From an uncultured Candidatus Actinomarina sp. (lineage in GTDB: Bacteria > Actinomycetota > Acidimicrobiia > Actinomarinales > Actinomarinaceae), in contig CACPPU010000001.1 of the NCBI GenBank assembly GCA_902635945.1, positions 35,098 to 99,097 on the forward strand: a stretch of 64,000 bases of DNA, read 5' to 3'. Both the position numbers and the translations under genes were made by a program. The notes under the pieces were generated by a model. That model did no database searches. It worked only from the letters and a program-made list of their open reading frames with translations, and was not told where the DNA came from. Positions 9,153 through 18,899 of the stretch are shown piece by piece. Each line of letters starts with the position of its first letter. Position 1 is the stretch's first letter.

Positions 9153-10205
9153 TTATTTTTCAGGTGTTGCATCCTCTGACTCTTCTACAGTATCTTCTTC
9201 TGTAGCCTCGTCTGATTCAATCATGCCAACTGCCTTGTACACATCAGTTTCTAACTGCAAAGCAATATCAGCATTTTCTCTTAAAAATCTCTTAGAATTT
9301 TCCTTACCTTGACCTAATTGAATTTCATCATAAGTAAACCATGCACCAGCTTTTCTAACTATTCCATGATCTACACCTACATCTAGCAAGCTTCCTTCTC
9401 TAGAAATACCTTGACCAAACATAATATCAAATTGAGCTTCTTTAAATGGTGGCGCAACTTTGTTCTTTACAATTTTTGCTCGTACACGATTACCAATCAT
9501 TTCAGCTCCAATTTTAAGAGTTTCAATTCTTCTAATGTCAATTCTTACTGATGCATAAAATTTAAGCGCTCTACCACCACTTGTAGTTTCAGGAGAACCC
9601 CACATAACACCAATTTTTTCTCTAATTTGATTGATAAATATAACAGTAGTTTGTGTTTTATTGATAGAAGATGTGAGCTTTCTTAACGCCTGTGACATTA
9701 ATCTTGCCTGTAAGCCTACATGGGATTGACCCATTTCTCCATCAATTTCAGCTTGAGGAACTAAAGCTGCAACAGAGTCAATAACTACTACATCGACACC
9801 TTCGGAATCGATCAACATATTTGCAATCTCTAGAGCTTGTTCCCCTGTATCTGGCTGTGATACAAGTAATTCATCAACATCAACACCAAGAGCGCTTGCA
9901 TAGATGGGATCAAGTGCATGTTCTGCATCAATGAATGCTGCTACTCCACCAGCTTTTTGAGCTTCAGCAGCAATGTGTAAAGATAATGTTGTTTTACCTG
10001 AGCTTTCAGGACCATAGATTTCTATGACTCTACCTTTGGGTACACCACCTATGCCTAATGCAAGATCTATTGATAGTGCTCCTGTAGAAATTGAAGGTAT
10101 CTTTCTAACTTGGTCAGAACCAAGCTTCATCAAAGAACCTTCTCCAAATTGTTTTTCTATCTGCGAAAAAACTGTATCGAGTTTTTTTGCCCTGTCTTTA
10201 TCCAT
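9153..10205 (-). CDS. recA: recombinase A
   Basis: [39 protein letters not shown]. Confidence 0.99.
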   Translation of the reverse strand: MDKDRAKKLDTVFSQIEKQFGEGSLMKLGSDQVRKIPSISTGALSIDLALGIGGVPKGRVIEIYGPESSGKTTLSLHIAAEAQKAGGVAAFIDAEHALDPIYASALGVDVDELLVSQPDTGEQALEIANMLIDSEGVDVVVIDSVAALVPQAEIDGEMGQSHVGLQARLMSQALRKLTSSINKTQTTVIFINQIREKIGVMWGSPETTSGGRALKFYASVRIDIRRIETLKIGAEMIGNRVRAKIVKNKVAPPFKEAQFDIMFGQGISREGSLLDVGVDHGIVRKAGAWFTYDEIQLGQGKENSKRFLRENADIALQLETDVYKAVGMIESDEATEEDTVEESEDATPEK

Positions 10206-10270
10206 TATTTTCTCCTATTTATTAACAATAATTAATAACTATTTAAACATCTCTATATGACAAATTTTAA

Positions 10271-10286
10271 TCGAACATTTGTTCGA
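10271..10286. promoter_or_regulatory. LexA SOS box upstream of recA
   Basis: TCGAACATTTGTTCGA. Confidence 0.93.
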
Positions 10287-10292
10287 ATACAA

Positions 10293-11486
10293 CTATTTAA
10301 TTAAATTTAATAGATCCCATATACAGTTATTTACTGCTCTATTTATTATATCTTCCCTATTACCGCGTAAATTGTGTGTGAAATTAGTTGTTTCACCATT
10401 GATACATATAGATATAAATATTTCACCGATTTTATATTTACTTGAAGGAACCGGACCTGCTTCACCTAATACTGCTAAACCGACTGAAGAATTATATTTT
10501 TTCATAGACGCAACTGCTAACTCTTCTGTGAGTAGGGCCCAGTCTTCATTAGGTTCTGCATTCAATAGTTCTTTTTTTGAATCCATAGAATACAAGACAT
10601 TGGATGCGATTAACGTTTCACTTGCACCAGGATGAGACACAATCTCTTTAGAAAATGATCCCCCCGTAATGCTCTCTACTAGCGAAATTGTATAGTTATT
10701 AGCTTTTAATTCTCTTAATAAAATTTTCGATGCAGGGATATTTTCATAACTTAATATATTGTCACTTAATGTTTCTTTAATTTGATTTTTAAATTTATTT
10801 AACGCATCATCAGTGACCGAATTTTTATCGATTCGTAATTTAATTATTCCCTTACTCGCTAAATAAGCTAAATCTAAACCTTCAGGTTTGAACTTATCAA
10901 TCTTTTCTGCCAAAGCAGATTCTGCTTCATTAAAAAACAAAATAAATTCATAATCTTTTTCAACTTTTGTAAAGTTATCTTTTAAAAATGGTACTAATTC
11001 ATCTGTTACTAGCGGGATGAATTCTCTCGGTGGACCAGGAAGTATAAATACATGTTTACTTTTCAATTCAATATAAATCCCTGGTGAAGTTCCGTTTGTG
11101 TTGTTTAATTTGGTTGCACCTGCTGGGATTTCTGCTTGTTTTATATTTGTTGCAGGCATAGTCATGCCTCTACTCTCCCACCTTGACTTCATCCAGTTCA
11201 AATGATCTTCGTCAACAACAAGTTTTAAGTCAAACATTTCAGAAATGACTTCTTTGGTAAAATCATCTTCTGTAGGTCCGATTCCTCCACATGTAATAAT
11301 GACATCATTATTCTCAAGTAATTCATTTACAGCATCTTGTATTAATTTTTTATCATCAGGTACAGTTTTTTCTGTTGAGAGAATAAATCCATTGTTATAT
11401 AAAGCTTGCCCAAGTGATGCAAGGTTAGTATTAACAGTATCGCCAAGTAAAATCTCTGTTCCAACGCTTAAAAGTGCAATATTCAC
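10293..11486 (-). CDS. cinA: competence/damage-inducible protein CinA (COG1058 domain + PncC-like domain)
   Basis: VGTEILLG..VNTN, GGIGPTEDDFT, LPGPPRE, VESITGG; upstream of recA. Confidence 0.93.
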   Translation of the reverse strand: MNIALLSVGTEILLGDTVNTNLASLGQALYNNGFILSTEKTVPDDKKLIQDAVNELLENNDVIITCGGIGPTEDDFTKEVISEMFDLKLVVDEDHLNWMKSRWESRGMTMPATNIKQAEIPAGATKLNNTNGTSPGIYIELKSKHVFILPGPPREFIPLVTDELVPFLKDNFTKVEKDYEFILFFNEAESALAEKIDKFKPEGLDLAYLASKGIIKLRIDKNSVTDDALNKFKNQIKETLSDNILSYENIPASKILLRELKANNYTISLVESITGGSFSKEIVSHPGASETLIASNVLYSMDSKKELLNAEPNEDWALLTEELAVASMKKYNSSVGLAVLGEAGPVPSSKYKIGEIFISICINGETTNFTHNLRGNREDIINRAVNNCIWDLLNLIK

Positions 11487-11533
11487 ATATTTAGGATAGC
11501 AAGGTTATTCACCAATAATATTATCATTAAGTT

Positions 11534-12016
11534 ATGAAACGTTTCTTACCAATATTTATCATATTTTTTATTTCCTGTTCCTATGGAGCCAGTGAAGAAT
11601 TGGAGAGTGAAATACTAGAAGCTGTGGCAGAAACTACAGGTTCTATTACAGAAAGTACTTTTCAGTATATAAATACATCTGAAGCTGTTGTCACTGAGAA
11701 TTTTACAGATAAAAAAACAATCATTATTTTCTGGGCTGATTACTGAGGCGTATGTAGACGGGAGTTACCTGTCGTAGAAAAAGAATTAGCTTACATTTCT
11801 GATGAGTATGATGTTATTGCATTAGCACACAGTCAGTACGAACCAACTATGGAATGGGTGAATGAAAATCTTAATGGGAATCTCACAATAGGGTTTTCTA
11901 CTCCTGAGTTAAGAGATTATTTTAAGATTGTTGGTCAACCAATTTCTATAGTGCTTGATACCAACGGTGAGATAATTTCTCGTACATATGGAGAAATTGA
12001 TTTAACAAATTTTTAA
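11534..12016 (+). CDS. TlpA/ResA-like thioredoxin-fold lipoprotein, probable selenoprotein (UxxC), 160 aa
   Basis: In-frame TGA 11744-11746 in IIFWADY-U-GVCRRELP; the frame stays open for 89 more codons (...FKIVGQPISIVLDTNGEII...) to TAA 12014-12016; lipoprotein signal MKRFLPIFIIFFISC. Confidence 0.88.
11757..11773 (+). promoter_or_regulatory. putative bacterial SECIS hairpin
   Basis: GACGGG-AGTTA-CCTGTC stem-loop (one G.U pair) starting 11 nt after the UGA, with G in the apical loop. Confidence 0.65.
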
Positions 12017-12078
12017 CTTAAAACGATACCCTTTAGTCTGAAACAAGTATGATGAGCTTATAAGCTAGCGGAGGAAGA

Positions 12079-13212
12079 ATGACTAAAAAATCATTTATAC
12101 TTCTACTTGTTTTATCTTTGGCTTTTGCTGCCTGCGGTGGTGCTGAAGAAGAAACTGTAGAAGAACCTGCAGTTGTTGAAGAGGCTGAAACTCTAGACGC
12201 ACCAGCTACTACTGTTGCAGAAACACTAGATAAAATAACTTTCGGCTTTATTCCAAGTGCAGAACAAGCTGATCTTCAAGACAATATCAAGCCATTAATG
12301 AAAGTTTTAACTGATGGTCTTGGAATTGAAGTTGAAGGATTTGTAACTAGTGACTTTTCAGGATTATTAGTTGCGATGGGATCTGGTCAAGCAGACATTG
12401 GAGCATTCAACACATTAGGTTATGTTAATGCATTAAATGTATTCCCAACAAGAATTGAAGCAATTGCAAAAGTTGTAAGATATGGATCTGGTTCATACCA
12501 TGCTAATTTCTGGACAACTGATGCAAGTGTTTGTGACTCACCACCTGTAATTGGAGCATTTGAGAATATTGATGGTGTTCCACAACTAATTTTAGGATCT
12601 GAAACAGAATCTCCTGATGTGAAAGCATTACAAGTTGGTTGGACCTTTGGTGATGATGGAAAGATTCCAGAAGTAAGAAATATTGATGGTGTTGACGTAA
12701 CAGTCAGCCCAGGATATGCATGTGAAGCTGATTTAAATGTACTAAGAGGTGAAAAAGTATTATTTGTTGAAGAAGGTTCAACATCTGGATACCTATATCC
12801 TTCTTTACAGCTAAAAAATATGGGAATTGATTATCAAAATGATATTACCCAAGTTTTTGCTGGTTCACATGATGGAGTTATTTCAGGTCTGTATAACGGT
12901 GATGCTAAGTTTGGTGTTACTTATGACGATGCAAGAAGAACTTTAAGAAAAACCAATCCTGATGTTGGTGAAAAAGTTATAGCTATCGGTATTTCAGCTG
13001 AAATTCCAAATGACGTTGTTGCTGTAAGAAGCGATCTTCCAGAAGATATAAAATCTCAAATATATCAAATTTTGTCTGATTACATGGCTACCGAAGAAGG
13101 TGCTGCTGTAATGGATGAAATTTATGGTTGGACAGATGTTGTTCCTGCAGACAATTCTGAATTTGATGTAGTTAAACAAGCTGCTGAAGAATTCGGTCTT
13201 TACGACGAATAA
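12079..13212 (+). CDS. phnD: phosphate/phosphite/phosphonate ABC transporter substrate-binding lipoprotein
   Basis: Lipobox FAAC, FGFIPS, STSGYLYP, AGSHD, IPND; SD GGAGG. Confidence 0.93.
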   Translation: MTKKSFILLLVLSLAFAACGGAEEETVEEPAVVEEAETLDAPATTVAETLDKITFGFIPSAEQADLQDNIKPLMKVLTDGLGIEVEGFVTSDFSGLLVAMGSGQADIGAFNTLGYVNALNVFPTRIEAIAKVVRYGSGSYHANFWTTDASVCDSPPVIGAFENIDGVPQLILGSETESPDVKALQVGWTFGDDGKIPEVRNIDGVDVTVSPGYACEADLNVLRGEKVLFVEEGSTSGYLYPSLQLKNMGIDYQNDITQVFAGSHDGVISGLYNGDAKFGVTYDDARRTLRKTNPDVGEKVIAIGISAEIPNDVVAVRSDLPEDIKSQIYQILSDYMATEEGAAVMDEIYGWTDVVPADNSEFDVVKQAAEEFGLYDE

Positions 13213-13220
13213 AACATTAT

Positions 13221-13254
13221 TTTTAACCGGGTTGTTTTTACAGCCCGGTTAAAA
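13221..13254. terminator. strong intra-operon hairpin between phnD and phnC
   Basis: TTTTAACCGGGTTG-TTTTTA-CAGCCCGGTTAAAA. Confidence 0.75.
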
Positions 13255-13264
13255 TTTATCTAAA

Positions 13265-14032
13265 ATGATTAAATTTGAAAATGTAAGTGTCACCTATCCG
13301 GGTGGTGTTGAAGCCCTAAAAGATTTAGATCTCGAAATCAATGAGGGTGATTTTATTATTATTGTTGGACTCTCTGGAGCTGGTAAATCTACATTGCTTA
13401 GAACAATAAATAATCTTGTTAAACCTACAAATGGAACTGTCTACTTGGAAGGTAAAGATGTTACCAATGCCAAGAAAAGAGATTTAAAGAATATTCGTTC
13501 ACAAATTGGTATGATCTTTCAAACATTCAATTTAGTCAACAGATCAACAGTTTTAAAAAATGTATTAACTGGTAGATTAAGCACTATATCTACTTTCAGA
13601 TCTATATTTGGATTATGGCCAAAAGATCAAAAACAACTTGCTTTTGAGGCACTTGATCAAGTAGAGATATTAGAAAAAGCCTATGTACGGGCATCTAACC
13701 TTTCTGGTGGTCAACAACAAAGAGTTGGTATTGCACGAGCATTATCACAAAAACCTAAAGTAATGCTCGCTGACGAACCTGTAGCCTCGCTTGATCCTAT
13801 TACTTCAAGAGTTGTTATGAATTATTTAAAAAAGATAAATACAGAATTAGGTATAACTACAATTGTAAATTTACATTTTCTTGATTTAGCAAAAGAGTTT
13901 GGAGATAGACTAATTGGACTTAGAGATGGAAAATTAGTTTTTGATGGAAATGTTGATGGTGTATCTGATGAAGATTTTGAAAATATCTATGGACGTTCTA
14001 TTAAATCTTCTGATTTAATCGGCAATGATTAA
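13265..14032 (+). CDS. phnC: phosphonate ABC transporter ATP-binding protein
   Basis: GLSGAGKST, LSGGQQQRV, LADEPVASLDP, IVNLH. Confidence 0.95.
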   Translation: MIKFENVSVTYPGGVEALKDLDLEINEGDFIIIVGLSGAGKSTLLRTINNLVKPTNGTVYLEGKDVTNAKKRDLKNIRSQIGMIFQTFNLVNRSTVLKNVLTGRLSTISTFRSIFGLWPKDQKQLAFEALDQVEILEKAYVRASNLSGGQQQRVGIARALSQKPKVMLADEPVASLDPITSRVVMNYLKKINTELGITTIVNLHFLDLAKEFGDRLIGLRDGKLVFDGNVDGVSDEDFENIYGRSIKSSDLIGND

Positions 14033-14807
14033 TATACCTAAAAAACCACCTCCTTCGTATTTAGTTACAATTGGAATTCCTTTTGCAATGCTTTTTACTG
14101 TATTTTCATTTCAGCGAGTAGGTTTTAACCTTCAAGATTTTAGAGAAAATTTAGCAAATAGAGCAATAGTGACAGATCCTTTGTTCAATCCAAAATGGAG
14201 TTGGGCCTGGGAAAATACTGCTGATGCTATGGTAGAAACTGTTCAAATTGCAATACTTGCCAGTATCGTTGGGTGTGCATTAGCTTTACCTTTATCTTTT
14301 TATGCATCAAGAGCAACTAACTTAAACAAGTATTCTTATTTTTTATACAAGTCATTTTTAAATTTAGTCAGGACAATTCCAGATTTGTTTTGGGCAATGC
14401 TTTTTACTGTTGCAGTAGGTATTGGACCTTTCGCTGGAGTTTTAGCACTTATCATGTTTTCTCTAGCAATCATGGGTAAGTTACTTTCAGAGACTATTGA
14501 CAGTATAGATCCAGGACCAATGGAAGCAGCAAAAGCTACAGGTTCCACTCATAATCAAACAGTATTTACGTCAGCTTTGCCTCAGGTACTTCCAAACTTC
14601 ACAGCATATTTCCTATATATTTTTGAATTATGCATAAGGGCAAGTGTCATTCTTGGTTTAGTCGGTGCTGGTGGAGTTGGTAGGATTATCGAAACTCAGA
14701 GAATATTTTTGAGGTTTGATAGAATTTCACCAATCATTGTCATCATTCTTGTTGTAGTTATATTAATTGAACAGTTCAGTGTATGGATAAGAAGAAGGAT
14801 ATTATGA
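14025..14807 (+). CDS. phnE: phosphonate ABC transporter permease
   Basis: RTIPDL, GKLLSETIDSIDPGPMEAAKATG, ILGLVGAGG. Confidence 0.93.
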   Translation: MINIPKKPPPSYLVTIGIPFAMLFTVFSFQRVGFNLQDFRENLANRAIVTDPLFNPKWSWAWENTADAMVETVQIAILASIVGCALALPLSFYASRATNLNKYSYFLYKSFLNLVRTIPDLFWAMLFTVAVGIGPFAGVLALIMFSLAIMGKLLSETIDSIDPGPMEAAKATGSTHNQTVFTSALPQVLPNFTAYFLYIFELCIRASVILGLVGAGGVGRIIETQRIFLRFDRISPIIVIILVVVILIEQFSVWIRRRIL

Positions 14808-15607
14808 ACATACCTAAACAACCAATTAGTCAAAGAATTTTAAAATATACTTTAACTACTGCTATTATTTTTGCATCATTATGGTCAGCAGCTGGACTAG
14901 AAATAACAATAGAAAGAATTTTAGATGCACCTAGACAAATTGGAATACTAGTTGGTGCAATGTTTCCATTAGACACTAGTCAAGAGGCTATAGATAGAAT
15001 CATACCAAAAGTGTTTGAATCTTTATTTATTGCGTGGGCTGGAACAGTAATTGGAGCAATTTTTAGCTTTCCTATTTCATTCTTAGCTGCGCAAAATGTA
15101 GCAGTTGGTGCTGTGAGTAGAATTACTAAACAAATATTAAATGCTATTCGTGCTTTTCCAGAATTGATACTAGCTTTTGTATTTCTACCAATAACTGGCC
15201 TTGGAGCATTTACAGGAACATTAGCTTTAGGAATTCACTCTATTGGAACACTTGGAAAACTATCATCAGAAGTAATAGAAGGAATTGACGAAGGACCTCT
15301 TGAAGCAATTAAATCTTCTGGTGGTTCAAAAATAAATGAACTTATTTTTGGTGTAATTCCACAAGTCATGCCAACAATTACTTCATATTGGCTGTACAGA
15401 TTTGAAATAAACTTAAGAGCTTCAGCTGTTCTTGGTGTTATTGGTGCTGGAGGTGTAGGGCAAGAGTTAATAAATCAATTAAGATTTAGAGATTTTCCTA
15501 GAGCAGGAACAGTATTAATTTGTACAATTGCTTTAGTTTTAATTGCAGATGCTATATCAGCTTCAATTAGAAATAGAATTATTCAAGGAAAAGTAGTTAA
15601 GGGTTAA
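14804..15607 (+). CDS. phnE: phosphonate ABC transporter permease (second copy)
   Basis: RAFPEL, LGKLSSEVIEGID, YRFEINLR..VLGVIGAGG; ATGA overlap start. Confidence 0.93.
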   Translation: MNIPKQPISQRILKYTLTTAIIFASLWSAAGLEITIERILDAPRQIGILVGAMFPLDTSQEAIDRIIPKVFESLFIAWAGTVIGAIFSFPISFLAAQNVAVGAVSRITKQILNAIRAFPELILAFVFLPITGLGAFTGTLALGIHSIGTLGKLSSEVIEGIDEGPLEAIKSSGGSKINELIFGVIPQVMPTITSYWLYRFEINLRASAVLGVIGAGGVGQELINQLRFRDFPRAGTVLICTIALVLIADAISASIRNRIIQGKVVKG

Positions 15608-17980
15608 TTACTCTTCGAACCAATTTTCCTCTGTAGAATCTTGAGTCTCTTCTGTAGAAGTTTCATCTTCAGATGCATCCACTTCTTGCTGATCGTCTAT
15701 AGAAGTTAAAAGACTAGTTTCGAATTCTTCAACAGTTATTAATACTTCTCTAGCTTTTGAACCTTCCGAAGGACCGACAATACCTTGTGCTTCAAGTATG
15801 TCCATCAATCTACCTGCCCTTGCAAAACCAACTCTTAATTTACGTTGAAGCATTGATGTTGAGCCAAGCTGTGAGCGTATTACAAGTTCTTTAGCAGTTG
15901 CTAATAACTCTTCGTCTTCACCAAAATCTTCAGATGGAGATGTAGAGCTTGTTTTTTGTTCCTCTGTAACTGCTGGATTGTAAACTGCTTCTTTTTGATC
16001 TTTCACCCATGAAACAACATCTTTTATTTCACCTTCAGTTACCCATGCACCTTGGATTCGCTCTAATCGTGGGTTTGAAGCTGTAACAACTAACATATCA
16101 CCCAATCCAATTAATTTCTCTGCACCGGATTGATCTAGAATAACTCTTGAATCTGTTGTTGATGCTACTGAAAATGCAAGTCGTGAAGGTATATTTGCTT
16201 TCATAACACCAGTGATAACATCTACTGATGGCCTCTGAGTAGCAACTACTAAGTGTATACCAATTGCTCTCGCCATTTGAGCAAGTCTTACAATTGCAGA
16301 TTCTACTTCCCTACCAGCAACCATCATCAAGTCATTTAACTCATCTATAAATACAACTATGTATGGGAATCTATCAAACTTTTCTTCATCAAGTAGACCA
16401 GCATCATATTTTTCGTGATAACCATTAATATCTCTAACTTGACCATCAGCTAATAAATCATATCTTCTGTCCATCTCTGAGACAGCCCAACCAAGTGCAT
16501 CAACAGCTTTTTTAGGATTTGTAATGACCTTTGTAAGCAAGTGTGGAACATTGTTGTACTGACCTAACTCAACTCTTTTCGGATCAACCATAACCATTTT
16601 TACTTCATCCGGATTAGTTCTTACTAGAAGTGATGTAACAATTGAGTTAATACATGAAGATTTACCAGCTCCAGTTTGTCCAGCAATTAATACGTGTGGA
16701 AGTTCAGATAGGTTAAGTAATCTTGGTTTTCCTGATATGTCTAAACCTAGTCCGACATTTAATGGATGTTCAGAATTTGCAGCTTCTTTTGAAGAAAGGA
16801 CATCGCCGAGAGAAACAAGTTTTCTTTGCCTATTTGGTATCTCGATACCAATAGCACTTCTCCCTGGAATTGGAGCAAGTAAACGTACATCTGGTGTAGC
16901 TAATGCATATGCAATGTCGTGAGAGAGAGAAGTTACTTTTGAAACTTTGACACCAGGTGCTAACTCGATTTCGTAACGAGTTACTGTTGGGCCTGGTACA
17001 ACATTTGTAAGTTCTGCTTCTACACCATGTTCCTTTAATAGTTGAGTTAAGTCATTTGCAGTTTCTTGTAATAATTTTTTAGAAGTTGATACAGAGGATC
17101 CATTTTTTAACAATTTAACTGGAGGTAATGTATATGTACCAGATTTGCTTTGCTTCTTGGGTTTTGGTTTAGTGGTTTGCGTCTTCTTATCTTTAAAATC
17201 TTTAATATCTGACACATTTGAAACTTTTTCTTTGATTTTTGATGCAGATTTTGAAACAGTATTAGGTTCGTCATCGTTAATTACTGGATCTTTGTAAATG
17301 TCTTCAAGGTATATATTTCTAGCTTCTTTTCTAGCTAATACGAATGCATAAATGAATTTATAAATGTATTTCAGTATTGCTTGGATACCACCAATTAAAT
17401 CTTTAAGTTCTATATCAGTCATATAAAGAACTGACATGATTAATCCTAATAAAAGTATTGTATGAGTCATTTGTAGACCAACACTGTTGGTAAGTGGATA
17501 AACAATAAAAGCTGAAATATGACCACCAGACTTTAATAACAACTCTGAACCAGCGCTCAGTGACAAAGGTTGTGCATGGATTAAAGAATGAAACATAGAA
17601 GCAGAAAATATTTGAACCCAAAATGTTCCTACTAATACTCTTTGTGCTTTTACAGTTTCACGATCCCTTATGAGTATTGCGGAACCGTAAAAAAAGAATA
17701 CTGGTAAAGCAAACACACCATAACCGAAAGCCCACTGAAGCACATTGAAGACAACTTCACCAACAGGTCCTCCTTGTGAGAATATTGACAACACAGTAAG
17801 CATTCCGAAAGAAAACATAAAAACTGCTACAGCTTGATAAGATTGGACGAATTTAGATAACGTACTAGAAGTTGTAGATTTAAGTGTAGTTACTGCCCTG
17901 TCTACGTTTATTAACTTGTTTTGTTTAGACACCCGCTTACGCCCATTTACCCTTTTGCGAGTGGATGTCTTCACAGCCAC
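15608..17980 (-). CDS. ftsK: DNA translocase FtsK
   Basis: N-terminal TM region, PHVLIAGQTGAGKS, IDELNDLMM, ATQRPSVDV, gamma domain LQRKLRVGFARA. Confidence 0.98.
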   Translation of the reverse strand: MAVKTSTRKRVNGRKRVSKQNKLINVDRAVTTLKSTTSSTLSKFVQSYQAVAVFMFSFGMLTVLSIFSQGGPVGEVVFNVLQWAFGYGVFALPVFFFYGSAILIRDRETVKAQRVLVGTFWVQIFSASMFHSLIHAQPLSLSAGSELLLKSGGHISAFIVYPLTNSVGLQMTHTILLLGLIMSVLYMTDIELKDLIGGIQAILKYIYKFIYAFVLARKEARNIYLEDIYKDPVINDDEPNTVSKSASKIKEKVSNVSDIKDFKDKKTQTTKPKPKKQSKSGTYTLPPVKLLKNGSSVSTSKKLLQETANDLTQLLKEHGVEAELTNVVPGPTVTRYEIELAPGVKVSKVTSLSHDIAYALATPDVRLLAPIPGRSAIGIEIPNRQRKLVSLGDVLSSKEAANSEHPLNVGLGLDISGKPRLLNLSELPHVLIAGQTGAGKSSCINSIVTSLLVRTNPDEVKMVMVDPKRVELGQYNNVPHLLTKVITNPKKAVDALGWAVSEMDRRYDLLADGQVRDINGYHEKYDAGLLDEEKFDRFPYIVVFIDELNDLMMVAGREVESAIVRLAQMARAIGIHLVVATQRPSVDVITGVMKANIPSRLAFSVASTTDSRVILDQSGAEKLIGLGDMLVVTASNPRLERIQGAWVTEGEIKDVVSWVKDQKEAVYNPAVTEEQKTSSTSPSEDFGEDEELLATAKELVIRSQLGSTSMLQRKLRVGFARAGRLMDILEAQGIVGPSEGSKAREVLITVEEFETSLLTSIDDQQEVDASEDETSTEETQDSTEENWFEE

Positions 17981-18015
17981 GGATATATTATACCATAAAA
18001 AAGTGTAGAAAAAGC

Positions 18016-18897
18016 TTAATTATTCTTAATTTTTTGGAAATTATCCAATAATTTATTGGCTAATTCACTAGAAATGTCAGTAATAGGCATTAATGGTGAT
18101 CCAACATCTTCCCACGTTTGCGTAAGTAAGTACTTAACTGGACCAGGACTTGGTTCTTCAAATAATAAATCAAAAAGAGGTAAAAGTTGATTTTGCAAGT
18201 GTTCAGCTGATTCAACCTCATCATTAAGTACATGGTTTATTAAATCGTAAATTTCATTTCCGACAACATGGGAAGCAACTGAGACAACACCTTTTCCACC
18301 CATCTTCATGAACTCTATAGTCTCACCATCATTACCTGAATAAATATCAACTTTATCTTTGAGTGCTTCTAATTCATTTTTAGAGAATTCCAAATCCCCT
18401 ACCGCATCTTTTATGGAATGTATTCCAATATCATCAACAAGTTTTTCTAAAGTATCAATTTCAATTAACGTTGCTGTTCGACCAGGAATGTTATATGCCA
18501 TAATTGGTAAGTCAGTGTTTTTAGAAACCTCTTCAAAATGCTTCAAAATTCCAAATTGAGATGGTTTTGAATAATATGGTGTAACAATCATTATGCCGTC
18601 GACACCTATGTCATTAGCCATTTTTGTATACTCGATAGATTCTTTAGTGGAGTATGTACCAGTTCCAGCAATTATCTTTGCTTTATCTCCTACAGAGTCT
18701 TTAGCAGTTGAATAGATAATTTTTCTATCTTCTTTTGTTAAATTTGGTGATTCACCAGTTGTTCCTGATAAAACTAAGCCGTCAGATTTTTCGTGAACTA
18801 ATTTTTTACATAGTCTCCACAAAGTATCAGTGTTTAGCACCCCATTGTTATCGAAAGGAGTTATGACTGCTGTTAATAGCTTGCCAAAATCGCTCAT
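18016..18897 (-). CDS. dapA: 4-hydroxy-tetrahydrodipicolinate synthase
   Basis: TAVITPF, GTTGES, TPYYSKP, YNIPGRT, IKDA. Confidence 0.96.
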   Translation of the reverse strand: MSDFGKLLTAVITPFDNNGVLNTDTLWRLCKKLVHEKSDGLVLSGTTGESPNLTKEDRKIIYSTAKDSVGDKAKIIAGTGTYSTKESIEYTKMANDIGVDGIMIVTPYYSKPSQFGILKHFEEVSKNTDLPIMAYNIPGRTATLIEIDTLEKLVDDIGIHSIKDAVGDLEFSKNELEALKDKVDIYSGNDGETIEFMKMGGKGVVSVASHVVGNEIYDLINHVLNDEVESAEHLQNQLLPLFDLLFEEPSPGPVKYLLTQTWEDVGSPLMPITDISSELANKLLDNFQKIKNN

Positions 18898-18899
18898 AC

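Noticed and set aside
10279-10635. 118-aa plus-strand ORF
   Set aside because: Lies antisense within cinA and starts inside the recA SOS box
11534-11746. 70-aa stand-alone ORF, pseudogene, or TGA=Trp recoding
   Set aside because: TGA aligns with the redox Cys and the downstream frame is intact; Trp is TGG elsewhere and TGA is a genuine stop in xerC and the dehalogenase
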